From: Nitrosopumilus maritimus SCM1
GTDB taxonomy: Archaea; Thermoproteota; Nitrososphaeria; Nitrososphaerales; Nitrosopumilaceae
Length of the DNA: 32,000 nt
Assembly (NCBI RefSeq): GCF_000018465.1
Contig: NC_010085.1
Span: 660,001-692,000, forward strand
Reading direction: 5' to 3'
Positions 1 to 9,436 of this stretch are shown piece by piece (position 1 is the stretch's first letter; every line of letters starts with the position of its first letter). A model generated the notes under the pieces. It saw only the letters and a program-made list of their open reading frames with translations. It made no database searches and had not been told where the DNA came from. The position numbers and the translations under genes are program-made.

Positions 1-11
1 GTGCTGTAAGC

Positions 12-1637
12 ATGATCTCTAGATTGGTGCCTGAGGCTTGGTATGGGGAAAATGTCAACGAAGTGATTATTCCTGATAGTACTGAAAGTGTAAAACAAAT
101 CAAACTGATCCTTGATAGGTATCCTCTTGATATTTTATCAAAAACCACTTGGCAAAGAAAAATCGTCAAAACCTATGCTCCCAAACCTACTTTGCCTCCA
201 GTAAAACACAAACTAAAACGAGCAAAAACAGGAGACCAATTTAGAGGAAAATTACTAAACTTCCAAAAAGAAGGTTTAGATTTCTTAATGAAATCCTCTG
301 GTAATGCATTATTAGCTGATGAAATGGGTCTTGGAAAAACAGTACAAACATTATCTTATGTTGCAACTGAGAAACAAACATTTCCCGTTTTAGTTGTTGC
401 ACCATTAGTTACATTAAACAATTGGGAACGAGAAATTGAAAAATTTCTTAAGAAAAAAAGCCGAAATGGAAGATTACTTGAATCTGAATCTCCTACTGTT
501 ACCTTAATTAGAACTGGAAAGAAAAAAAAACTTCCTAAAACTGACATTTATGTAATAAATTATGAATTACTTTTCAAAAGATATGATGATTTGGCAAAAG
601 TTGGAATCAAAACTGTTGTATGTGATGAAGTCCATAATTTAAGATCTAAAACAACTCAAAAATACAAATCAATAAAAAAATTAGCTGCATTACCATCAGT
701 GTCTTATCGAATTGGACTTTCCGGAACCCCTATCTACAACCGTGGTTCTGAAATTTGGCCAATCATTGATATTTTGAAACCTGGACTCCTTGGAAGTTTC
801 AAAGAATTTTGTGAATACTTTTGTTATGTAAATGAAAAGGGTAAGGCAATTGTATTGGAAAATAAACGTGCATCACTTAGAAACGAACTCCAAAAACATG
901 TTATGCTTAGACGCAAAAAATCTGATGTGCTAAAAGAACTCAAAGATAAAGTACGCTACAAGGAAGTCATTGCAGCAGACACTGATTACTATGTTGAAGA
1001 ATTAGACAAAATTTGGAAACGCTTAGAAGAAGAGCAAAAAGAGGCTGAATCCGAATTTTCAAAATCAGCTTCATATCATAGAGCAATACAGAGTGAAAGA
1101 CAAATTGCAGGCTTGGCAAAACTACCTCATGTTATCAATTTTGTAAAAAATATCATGGAAATTGAGGAAAGTGTTGTAGTTTTTTGTCATCATAAAGTAA
1201 TTCACAAATTACTCCATGAGAGTCTTCAAGAATTCTCACCTGTATCGATAATTGGAGGCCAATCTGATACCCTGAGACAAGATCAGATAGATAAATTCCA
1301 AAAAGGCGAATCAAAATTAATGATTGCAGGAATTCGTGCAGGAAATGTAGGAATTAATTTAACTCGAGCAAAATATGTTATTTTTGCAGAACTTGATTGG
1401 AGTCCTGCAATCCACAGACAAGCTGAAGATCGTTTGCATAGAATTGGACAACAGAATACTGTATTTGCATATTATTTGATTGGTAATGGCACACTTGATG
1501 ATCATGTTGCAAATGTTTTGGTAGACAAGAGTTATGAAATCGATGAAATTATGGATGAAAGTGTTGAAACCTTTGAAAATAAAGACAAAGCACAACTTAT
1601 TCTTGCACAAATTCAAGACAAAATACGTTCAAAATAA
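12..1637 (+). CDS. SNF2-family DNA/RNA helicase-like ATPase
   Basis: 541-aa ORF with Walker A-like LLADEMGLGKTVQT, DEVH box (VVCDEVHNLRSKTT), IGLSGTPIYN (motif III) and C-terminal SNF2 motifs (IRAGNVGINLTRA, DRLHRIGQQNTV). Confidence 0.9.
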   Translation: MISRLVPEAWYGENVNEVIIPDSTESVKQIKLILDRYPLDILSKTTWQRKIVKTYAPKPTLPPVKHKLKRAKTGDQFRGKLLNFQKEGLDFLMKSSGNALLADEMGLGKTVQTLSYVATEKQTFPVLVVAPLVTLNNWEREIEKFLKKKSRNGRLLESESPTVTLIRTGKKKKLPKTDIYVINYELLFKRYDDLAKVGIKTVVCDEVHNLRSKTTQKYKSIKKLAALPSVSYRIGLSGTPIYNRGSEIWPIIDILKPGLLGSFKEFCEYFCYVNEKGKAIVLENKRASLRNELQKHVMLRRKKSDVLKELKDKVRYKEVIAADTDYYVEELDKIWKRLEEEQKEAESEFSKSASYHRAIQSERQIAGLAKLPHVINFVKNIMEIEESVVVFCHHKVIHKLLHESLQEFSPVSIIGGQSDTLRQDQIDKFQKGESKLMIAGIRAGNVGINLTRAKYVIFAELDWSPAIHRQAEDRLHRIGQQNTVFAYYLIGNGTLDDHVANVLVDKSYEIDEIMDESVETFENKDKAQLILAQIQDKIRSK

Positions 1638-2252
1638 CTAGACATTTAATTTTGTTTTGAGTTTTGATAATTTTTCAATAATGTTTGTCTTCTTTTCTAG
1701 TTCAATTTGAGAATCTTGTATTTCTTTTACTACATCATCTATTAAACTAAGAATTTCAATTTCAGGTTTTATTTCACCAAATTTTATTTTATCAAATCCA
1801 TCTGTTTCTGTTTTATCAATTTCTTCTACTCCTTCAGGTAATATCTCATATACTTTGATAATTTTTTCATCTTGTCTTTGAGGTGACATGAGAACAAATT
1901 GGTTTTGTCTCAATTTTTCTATCTCTTGCAAAATCTCTGTTTCTGACACTTGTAAAATATCAATAATTTGATCAATATTGCATGATTTTATCTGAAGCAG
2001 TCGTAATATTTTGGCCCAAACTGGAATTTTCTCTCCCCATAGAATTTCTCTTGCAACCGGAGTAATTGAAAACGAACCATTACTGTTAAGTGAAATAAAT
2101 TTTCTATCTTTTAATGACCCTAGCGTATCTAGAATCTTTCCAACCCCCAATCTCTTTAATTCTGAATTTTCTAGATTTGTTTCATCAAATGTTCCATTTT
2201 CTTTAACTGCTAAATGTAAAACTTCTAAATCAATTGTTCCTAATTTCCTCAT
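1638..2252 (-). CDS. Conserved hypothetical protein, probable winged-helix N-terminal region plus coiled-coil C-terminus
   Basis: 204-aa ORF, convergent and directly abutting the SNF2 gene; helix-rich with pattern LEVLHLAVKENGTFDE...LKDRKFISLNSNGSFSITPVAREIL typical of wHTH. Confidence 0.6.
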   Translation of the reverse strand: MRKLGTIDLEVLHLAVKENGTFDETNLENSELKRLGVGKILDTLGSLKDRKFISLNSNGSFSITPVAREILWGEKIPVWAKILRLLQIKSCNIDQIIDILQVSETEILQEIEKLRQNQFVLMSPQRQDEKIIKVYEILPEGVEEIDKTETDGFDKIKFGEIKPEIEILSLIDDVVKEIQDSQIELEKKTNIIEKLSKLKTKLNV

Positions 2253-2286
2253 GTTTTTTTTGATCTTTCAAGTCTTATCATCTTTT

Positions 2287-2850
2287 CTACCCTAAAATCT
2301 TGTGTTGAATTTGTTGTAGTATAATTTTTACACTTTTAAGATTTGAATAATTGGTTTTGAGCCACTCTTGATAATCATTAATTGAACCTATTTTAAAATT
2401 TGAATCATTAATCTGATTTGCAACAAACCATAATTCTCTGTATGCAAAAATAATTTTTCCGATAAGTAATTCTTCCTTATTGAGAAATACTTGCATTATT
2501 TCATCTGATTCCTTTCCATATTGATTTTCTTTTGGAATGATTTTGTCAAATTCTGTTTTTAATTCATGAAACCTTTCAAATATCTGATTACTGTTTTTTC
2601 TCATCGTCCTTATTTTTTCATCATAATTTCTCAAAAATTCTTTTGCCCAATTTTCAGATTCATCTTTTTCTGAAAAATCAATTTTTGTAGTTTTGTCTAT
2701 TTCGTTAATTACTTCTGAAATAACTTCTAAATGCCACTTGAAGAATTCTTCTAATCTTTCTTTTTGTTTTATTTGATTTGACATCCGTTCAAAAAACAAA
2801 ATTACATTTTCTTCATTTGAAAAAATTTCTGTAATTACTGGATGAACCAT
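2287..2850 (-). CDS. Hypothetical helical protein
   Basis: 187-aa ORF, same strand as and 34 nt upstream of the 204-aa ORF. Confidence 0.6.
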   Translation of the reverse strand: MVHPVITEIFSNEENVILFFERMSNQIKQKERLEEFFKWHLEVISEVINEIDKTTKIDFSEKDESENWAKEFLRNYDEKIRTMRKNSNQIFERFHELKTEFDKIIPKENQYGKESDEIMQVFLNKEELLIGKIIFAYRELWFVANQINDSNFKIGSINDYQEWLKTNYSNLKSVKIILQQIQHKILG

Positions 2851-2926
2851 ATTTTGAACAATATAATTTTGGATAAAAACTTGATTCTTTCTTGAAGATT
2901 ATATGTGGATTATAGTGATCTGTTTT

Positions 2927-3550
2927 ATGGTTCAATACGAACTTCCAAGATTGCCTTATGGATATGATGAATTGGAACCTTACATTGATACTGAAACAAT
3001 GAAAATTCACCATCAAAAACACCATCAGTCGTATGTTGATGGACTAAACAAATCTCTTATAGAAATTGGATCTGCATCTCACCCTCAATACATCACATCA
3101 ATATTGTCTGATCTAAAAGCCATACCTGAGTCTGGTAGAAACAAAATCAATTTCTTTGGTGGAGGCTTTGAAAATCACAGATTATTTTGGGAAATAATGA
3201 CTCCTAATGGTGATGGTTCCCCTGGTGGAAAGATTGAGGATGCAATTGATGTTTATTTTGATAGTTTTGATAACTTTAAAGAGATTTTTTCTAACACTGC
3301 AATTGGAATTCAGGGTAGTGGATGGTGTTGGTTGGTTTTTAATTCAACATACAGCAAAATAGAAATTCTTTCTACTGAAAATCAAACCAGTCCTTGGACA
3401 TTACAAAAAATACCTTTACTGGGATTGGATGTTTGGGAACATGCTTACTATCTAAAATATCAAAATCGTAGACCTGATTATGTTAAAGAATGGTGGAATA
3501 TTGTTAATTGGGATTATGTTGAAAATCGTTTTTCAGAACTTGTAGGTTGA
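2927..3550 (+). CDS. sod: Superoxide dismutase (Fe/Mn family)
   Basis: MVQYELPRLPYGYDELEPYIDTETMKIHHQKHHQSYVDGLN and signature DVWEHAYYLKYQNRR. The track start 2903 is 8 codons upstream; ATG 2927 fits better, with TTATAT about 27 nt upstream (leaderless arrangement). Confidence 0.95.
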   Translation: MVQYELPRLPYGYDELEPYIDTETMKIHHQKHHQSYVDGLNKSLIEIGSASHPQYITSILSDLKAIPESGRNKINFFGGGFENHRLFWEIMTPNGDGSPGGKIEDAIDVYFDSFDNFKEIFSNTAIGIQGSGWCWLVFNSTYSKIEILSTENQTSPWTLQKIPLLGLDVWEHAYYLKYQNRRPDYVKEWWNIVNWDYVENRFSELVG

Positions 3551-3599
3551 TTTATGATTTGGACAAATTCTTTTAAACAAAAATTCAATTTTTCATTCA

Positions 3600-4898
3600 A
3601 TGAACAAGAGTCTAAGATACATTGCATTACTTGCAATTTTACCCTTGTTGACAACAGGTTTGGGAACTGACTATTTCTCAGATGCCGATGCTAAAAAAAG
3701 CAAAGGTACTGCAACCTCTCAATATGGTTCTAGTACTGGTATTTGTGGGCTAGATCTATGTTCTAACTATCCTGGCGGCAGAGCTGGCTGGGAAGCAGAT
3801 CAAGACAGTGCAACCACACCTGTAGCTCCAGTTGAAAAAGAAAAGATGGATGTCATGGAAAAAACCCATGAAGAAAAACACATGGAAGAAACCATGATGG
3901 AAGAATCCGAAGATTTAACTGAAGCAGACTTGGGCTCTGTACTTAGATTATCAAGAGCAAATGTTCCAGCTACAATTCCAATGCATCAAGGTTTCTATGA
4001 TGGTGGAGATGTTTACTACATCATTACTGATTCAAGTGACCCTACTCATGCAGACTTGATTACAGAAAACCAAGGATGGAAAGTGGAACTTGCACCACTG
4101 TTAAAGAATGCTCCTGACACTGCACTTTCAAAAACCTACATGTTTACCAACGGAATAGAAGGTGATGGTGTACATGGTTTCCAAGGAGAAGTATTCACTA
4201 GCACTCCTGCACAACCAGATGTATACAGTGCACTAACTTCTCACGTACATGTAACGTGGAATGAAAACAAAACACCTAGAGTATTAACTTCTGATGCCAT
4301 GGTAATGGAAGCTGCAGATAATGGTGAAATCACATTAACATCTGTTGATGTAGTTTTGAATATGCCTCAAATTGTTTGGCCTGATGGACAGATGATGGTA
4401 AAGGAAGACAAAACTTTGACTGATGAAACACCATATGGTGGCGGACAAGTTCTTGATATTGATACAGAAGAGATGAATGTAACTTTCATAGCTCATCGTG
4501 GATGGGGTCCTGATGGTAGAACAATCTATTACATTGTAACAGATGCTACTCCTAGTGGCCCTGCAGGAATGATGGGTGTTGTTAGTTCTCCAACATCTGC
4601 AAGTTTGATTGCAAATTCAGCAGCAGTTGATCTATTTCAATTCAAAAATGGTTTGACTAGTACTGGTCCGTTAGGATTCCAACCTGGAATTGCTGCCGGA
4701 GCTCCCGGTGATGAAAATTATTCTCCTATGTGGAGAATTTTCATGACAAGTTGGGCTAATCCAGAAAATGCACAATTGTTAGAAACCATTGATGACTTGA
4801 ATGCATACAGAGAAGCTGGCTTGATCGATATTGGTATTGCACGTCCTATGGATAGTGATCATATTGTCAACTGTCCATTCATTGACCCATTCCAATAA
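3600..4898 (+). CDS. Secreted/exported protein of unknown function
   Basis: 432-aa ORF with N-terminal signal peptide (MNKSLRYIALLAILPLLTTGLG), acidic Met/His-rich linker, then a large beta-rich region; ends in poly-T. Confidence 0.8.
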   Translation: MNKSLRYIALLAILPLLTTGLGTDYFSDADAKKSKGTATSQYGSSTGICGLDLCSNYPGGRAGWEADQDSATTPVAPVEKEKMDVMEKTHEEKHMEETMMEESEDLTEADLGSVLRLSRANVPATIPMHQGFYDGGDVYYIITDSSDPTHADLITENQGWKVELAPLLKNAPDTALSKTYMFTNGIEGDGVHGFQGEVFTSTPAQPDVYSALTSHVHVTWNENKTPRVLTSDAMVMEAADNGEITLTSVDVVLNMPQIVWPDGQMMVKEDKTLTDETPYGGGQVLDIDTEEMNVTFIAHRGWGPDGRTIYYIVTDATPSGPAGMMGVVSSPTSASLIANSAAVDLFQFKNGLTSTGPLGFQPGIAAGAPGDENYSPMWRIFMTSWANPENAQLLETIDDLNAYREAGLIDIGIARPMDSDHIVNCPFIDPFQ

Positions 4899-5006
4899 GA
4901 TCCTCTTTTTTATTTTTTAACATCTGTTCAATTTACATTAAAAATTCTAACAAATTTTCAGAGAATTGACTACACTGTTTATCTTGAATTATGTGAATAA
5001 CCTTGT

Positions 5007-5381
5007 ATGAGTATTGCAGGAATGTACATGCTAAATGTACCTGAATATCAAGAAGAAAAAATCAAACAAGCTTTAGACATGTTATACATTGATAGAAAAA
5101 ACGAATTTAGAGAATTGTCTCAAGTACTGTTAACTGAAAAAGCTCTTAAGGCAATGCCTAATTGGAAAGAATTTGTTTTGAACTTTAGTCTGGATGTTGA
5201 GGAAGCATTCAAGACATGGTCTGGACAAAATCCATTATTGTCTAGCTCTCCTCAAAAAGCGTTAACCATTCTAAGACAACTTGGACATGATAAGACATCC
5301 ATGAATCAACTTGTTCATTTACTTAACCTGTCGTACAGCATGTCCTTAGAATTCAAAGAGATTTACAGACGTCTCAAATAA
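5007..5381 (+). CDS. Hypothetical protein
   Basis: 124-aa helical ORF in a region free of other plausible coding frames. Confidence 0.6.
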   Translation: MSIAGMYMLNVPEYQEEKIKQALDMLYIDRKNEFRELSQVLLTEKALKAMPNWKEFVLNFSLDVEEAFKTWSGQNPLLSSSPQKALTILRQLGHDKTSMNQLVHLLNLSYSMSLEFKEIYRRLK

Positions 5382-5434
5382 TCTCCTTTTTTATTCCTAA
5401 AACCTTATTTTGATCAATCATTTCATGCTTCTAT

Positions 5435-5686
5435 ATGGATTTCATGCTTGAAGAGGAATTGATCGATTTAATGACATTCTGTTTACAAAATTCTGACTCT
5501 CCTGAAGTTTCTGAAAAACATAAACGAATTTCTGAGATTGGACGTGAATTGTATGATGATGGTGGTGTTGATGCATTGGAAAACTTCTTTTTTGTATTAA
5601 AAAACAGAATTACTGAAGAAATAGAAAAAGATCCATCCCCTATGCGTTCGCTATGGAATGGCATTACTGACGAATGGCAGTATTAA
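5435..5686 (+). CDS. Hypothetical small acidic protein
   Basis: 83-aa ORF MDFMLEEELIDLMTFCLQNSD...; the antisense ORF 5431..5664 looks like its shadow. Confidence 0.5.
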   Translation: MDFMLEEELIDLMTFCLQNSDSPEVSEKHKRISEIGRELYDDGGVDALENFFFVLKNRITEEIEKDPSPMRSLWNGITDEWQY

Positions 5687-5702
5687 ATTCCTAATTAGAA
5701 AT

Positions 5703-5846
5703 TTATCCTCTACCGATTCTGAAAATGGCTGTACTACATGTTGGGCATGTGCCTTTGATTGCAGGTTTACCATTTTTCATTGTGTATGGTTTAGCGCCAC
5801 CGATTTCTCGTTTGTCTCGGCACTTTACGCAATATCCTATTGTCAT
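5703..5846 (-). CDS. Small zinc-ribbon protein, DUF5679-like
   Basis: Not in the supplied track. Decoded by hand: MTIGYCVKCRDKREIGGAKPYTMKNGKPAIKGTCPTCSTAIFRIGRG* (47 aa), with CVKC...CPTC zinc ribbon and ATG start. Confidence 0.85.
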   Translation of the reverse strand: MTIGYCVKCRDKREIGGAKPYTMKNGKPAIKGTCPTCSTAIFRIGRG

Positions 5847-6165
5847 ATGCTCACTAGGCTCGAGGTTCTATTAGCAAGAACTTGTTGAACTTTTTTCACA
5901 ATTAGGCAAACCTCCGATCTTAATTATTGTGTTTTAGAACCATTTTTTTCGTATTGGATGTTTTTTCGATTAAATTATGAACAAATCATACGTATTTTTT
6001 AAATAATTATTGTTTTTGCTCTAGTTTTTATTTTTATTTTTGATCAGTAATTTCAAATTTGATCAGTTTGTAATGTTTTAGTTTTAATCAAAACAATGTT
6101 TTGTTAACATTTCAAATCATGTTTGACCATTAATTTTGTAATGTTGTCTGAATTGTTTAACATAA

Positions 6166-7611
6166 TTACAATTTTTCAAAATTTTTGATTATTGTACTTT
6201 TTTCACTAATTATTTTTCCTGGATTTAATACGTTGTTTGGGTCAAATTGGTTTTTTATTTTTTGAAATGTCTCAAAGTTAATTTTTCCATATTGTTTTTT
6301 GATAAATTCTGAACGTGCTAAACCATCTCCATGTTCTGCAGTTATCGTCCCTCCAATATTGATAATTTCATCAAAGTATTGTTTTGCAATATTTTTAATT
6401 TGTGTTATTTTCTTTCTTTTCCCAATTAATCTTACATGAAGATTCCCATTTCCAATATGGCCATAGATTACTGATTTTGTTTTGAATTTTTTATTGATCT
6501 TATCTAGTATGTCGAATAATTCTGGTAACTTTTCTATTGGTACTGCTGCATCTTCAATTACGTGGGGGATTCTATTTTCTTTTTTTATGTTTTTGAGGCT
6601 ATAATATAACGATGAATCTCTATATTTCCACCATTGGAAGATGTCTTGTTTTTTTGTCAGTTTTTTTATAATATTTCCTGAAATTATCATTTTGAATTTT
6701 TTCATATTTTGACTAATTTTTTCATCATATTCTACAAAAAGTAAACATTTTGTATTTTTATGAAATTTATGATTAATTTGTTGTAATGTTATTTTATCAA
6801 CAAATTCCATAGCAGATGGATTTGTTTTGTTTATTGTCAAGCAATCATTTATTGCATTTTTAATTGAGTTATACTCTACAACAAAAAGAATTCTTTTTTT
6901 TGGTATATTTTTTATTTTTAATTTTGCTGATATTATAATTCCTAATGTTCCTTCAGAACCAACAATGATTTTGTGACTATCTTTATTTGAAATAATTTTA
7001 TCTATTCTGTATCCTGAAGAATTTTTAGATACTTTTGGAATTTTCTTTTCATCAATTTTTATTTTCTTTTGAATTTTATTGGATAATTTTTCATCTTTTG
7101 GGAGAACAATTTTTTTTTCATTGCCATCAATAATTGTTACTTCTAATACATTGTCAATCATACTTCCATACTTTAAACTTCTACTTCCACTGGAATTATT
7201 TCCTAACATTCCTCCAATTGAACAAAATGATCCTACTGAAGGATTTGGTGGAAAAAATTTTCTATATCTCTCTAATTTTTCATCTAATTTTCCTTTTACT
7301 ACCCCTGTTCCAACTATTGCATAATTTTTCTTTATTTTGATTGAATCAAAATTTTTCATATCTAAAATGATTCCATTATTTAACGCACTTCCAACTAAAC
7401 CTGTACCTGCACCACGTACAGTCACATTGGTTTTGTATTTTTTTGCAATTTTTATTGTGTTTATTACATCCTTTTCATTTTTTGGAATAACTATTGTTTT
7501 TGGAAATATTTGATACGAACTAGCATCCACAGAATAAAATTTCCTAAATTCTGTTTCTGAATGAACTTTTCCCCTGATGATTTTTTTTAGTTGTGTTTCT
7601 ACTGAATTCAT
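6166..7611 (-). CDS. FAD-linked oxidase (GlcD / D-lactate dehydrogenase-like)
   Basis: 481-aa ORF with FAD-binding type 4 motifs VTVRGAGTGLVGSAL, GGMLGNNSSGSRSLKYG, HIIVGSEGTLGII and C-terminal TAEHGDGLARSEFIKKQYG...DPNNVLNPGKI. Confidence 0.92.
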   Translation of the reverse strand: MNSVETQLKKIIRGKVHSETEFRKFYSVDASSYQIFPKTIVIPKNEKDVINTIKIAKKYKTNVTVRGAGTGLVGSALNNGIILDMKNFDSIKIKKNYAIVGTGVVKGKLDEKLERYRKFFPPNPSVGSFCSIGGMLGNNSSGSRSLKYGSMIDNVLEVTIIDGNEKKIVLPKDEKLSNKIQKKIKIDEKKIPKVSKNSSGYRIDKIISNKDSHKIIVGSEGTLGIIISAKLKIKNIPKKRILFVVEYNSIKNAINDCLTINKTNPSAMEFVDKITLQQINHKFHKNTKCLLFVEYDEKISQNMKKFKMIISGNIIKKLTKKQDIFQWWKYRDSSLYYSLKNIKKENRIPHVIEDAAVPIEKLPELFDILDKINKKFKTKSVIYGHIGNGNLHVRLIGKRKKITQIKNIAKQYFDEIINIGGTITAEHGDGLARSEFIKKQYGKINFETFQKIKNQFDPNNVLNPGKIISEKSTIIKNFEKL

Positions 7612-7619
7612 TTGATGAA

Positions 7620-8939
7620 CTAAATTCTAATTCGATAATAATCCCATCGTTCTGGGTCAAACTTGGCCACAAATTCTGCTTGTTCCTTTTCAATTCTGGC
7701 ATTAATTACATCTCTTAATGCAAAACTTGTAAGATACTTGAATTTTTTAGAATGTGCCTGCATTACAAACATGTGACGCATTTCACTGCCTCCTTTTAAT
7801 CCCCAATACCCCATTTTAACTGCGATTGGCTCTAAAAACACTGTATTTCCCAAACCGTAATTTTCATCTCTAATCTCTTCTCTTAGGTGATAATTTTCTA
7901 ATAGTCCACCTTTTGCATATCCTACAATTTCTCCGTTTTCATCATTTAATCTCAATGTGGTGATGATTGTGTCTGGATCCTTTACTGATTTTTCAAAATT
8001 ATCTAAAAATTGTAATGGTCTTGGTAATTCTAGCAAAATATCGTGTAATGAATTAATGAATTCTGGTTCATTTCTAGTTGACATACATTCTATAGTTGGT
8101 ATCAATTTGAGATTCTTGTATGCGCAATCAGCTTGAATTGTAATTTCCTGCTGTCTAATTCTCATAAATGATAAAACTGTATCAAAAAAGTTTTTTCTCA
8201 TTTCATTTGAAAGTACTTTGAGAACTGGTTTTACCATATCTGTTTCTTTATTTAGTAATTCTTCAAAGTATGCCACTGCGCTTCTGACAATTAATGATGG
8301 TCTCCATGCAAGTGCATGCGCATTCATCTTGGCCATCTCCATAGCCTTTGCAAAGTCTCCTAATGCATACCCACTAATCCTGTCTACTACGGTAAGATAC
8401 CATCCAATATCCATTATGTGTTTTTGATATTCTACATTGTTTCTTGTTAATTCTGAGTTTTGAAAACATTGTTTGATTTGTTCTTCTGCATTTTTTTTCA
8501 ATTCCCCCATCCATGGATATGTTGTTCTTAAAATTAACACTTTGATAATTTCTAAATCAATATTTGCTGTTTTGATTAATTGACTAAGCTTTCTATCTGT
8601 TGCAATAAATTTTAAAACACTTTCTTCATGTGGTTTGTCTACACTTTTCTCTGGATCAAAGTCATGAAACAATGCTGCAACATACAGGTATTTTATATCA
8701 TCATGTGTGAATTTTATTTTTTCTTGTTTTGATGCTAACAGTGAAAAATACGTTACCTCTAATTCATGGTTGATGTTGTGATATCCGTAATAATCTCTAC
8801 CCAATCCTCTACTTTCAAACAAATCTATGGTGTAATCTAACATTTCAACATAACAATCATCTTCTAATCTGTTTTCTATTAGCAAATCCAAAATATTATT
8901 TCTCATAACTTGAGTATTTGCAAATATTTGCATAACCAA
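7620..8939 (-). CDS. HD-domain phosphohydrolase-like protein with a possible C-terminal acetyltransferase-like region
   Basis: 439-aa ORF with HNINHELEVTYFSLLA...YLYVAALFHDFDPEKSVDKPHEES metal-binding HD pattern; the C-terminal part (GNTVFLEPIAVKMGYWGLKGGSEMRHMFV...) is a separate domain. 8 nt upstream of the GlcD-like gene on the same strand. Confidence 0.7.
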   Translation of the reverse strand: MVMQIFANTQVMRNNILDLLIENRLEDDCYVEMLDYTIDLFESRGLGRDYYGYHNINHELEVTYFSLLASKQEKIKFTHDDIKYLYVAALFHDFDPEKSVDKPHEESVLKFIATDRKLSQLIKTANIDLEIIKVLILRTTYPWMGELKKNAEEQIKQCFQNSELTRNNVEYQKHIMDIGWYLTVVDRISGYALGDFAKAMEMAKMNAHALAWRPSLIVRSAVAYFEELLNKETDMVKPVLKVLSNEMRKNFFDTVLSFMRIRQQEITIQADCAYKNLKLIPTIECMSTRNEPEFINSLHDILLELPRPLQFLDNFEKSVKDPDTIITTLRLNDENGEIVGYAKGGLLENYHLREEIRDENYGLGNTVFLEPIAVKMGYWGLKGGSEMRHMFVMQAHSKKFKYLTSFALRDVINARIEKEQAEFVAKFDPERWDYYRIRI

Positions 8940-9031
8940 AAGTTCTTTCTCTTCTTTTTAAAGTTGATCTGAAAATGGAATGTTTTCTAATATGGAAAGA
9001 TTCAATAGAATTGCAAATTTTTTGTTTTTAA

Positions 9032-9436
9032 ATGACCGTGGATAAAAATCTCTTAAAATCTTTAATTGATTTTTCTGAATCAGACTCATTAGAATTTACA
9101 CTTTATCTAAAAAACAATTCATATCCTCTTACTCACGTTCAAGTTTCTCATTCTTCTGTTCCTGTAAATGAACCTACAACTCGTGGAGGGGTATATTTTT
9201 CAGATAAATTTGCATACAAAATGAAAGGAACTGTTAATGATCTTTCAATTGTTCCTTTACTCACAAAGAAAATGCTTGGCCCAAATACTGAATTTGGTGA
9301 ATTGAAAATAACAACTTCTATTACTCTTGAAAATAGCATAAAACACCTAGAAATTCATACAAATCTCACAAACAGTGTTCAAACCCCGAATTCTATAGAA
9401 CTTAGTATGATTATTGTAAAATTGGAATCTGTCTAA
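9032..9436 (+). CDS. Hypothetical protein
   Basis: 134-aa ORF, overlaps the convergent J-domain gene by 4 nt. Confidence 0.6.
   Translation: MTVDKNLLKSLIDFSESDSLEFTLYLKNNSYPLTHVQVSHSSVPVNEPTTRGGVYFSDKFAYKMKGTVNDLSIVPLLTKKMLGPNTEFGELKITTSITLENSIKHLEIHTNLTNSVQTPNSIELSMIIVKLESV

Noticed and set aside
5658-5888. Plus-strand 76-aa ORF in the track.
   Set aside because: It is antisense to the zinc-ribbon mini-gene 5703..5846; composition looks non-coding.
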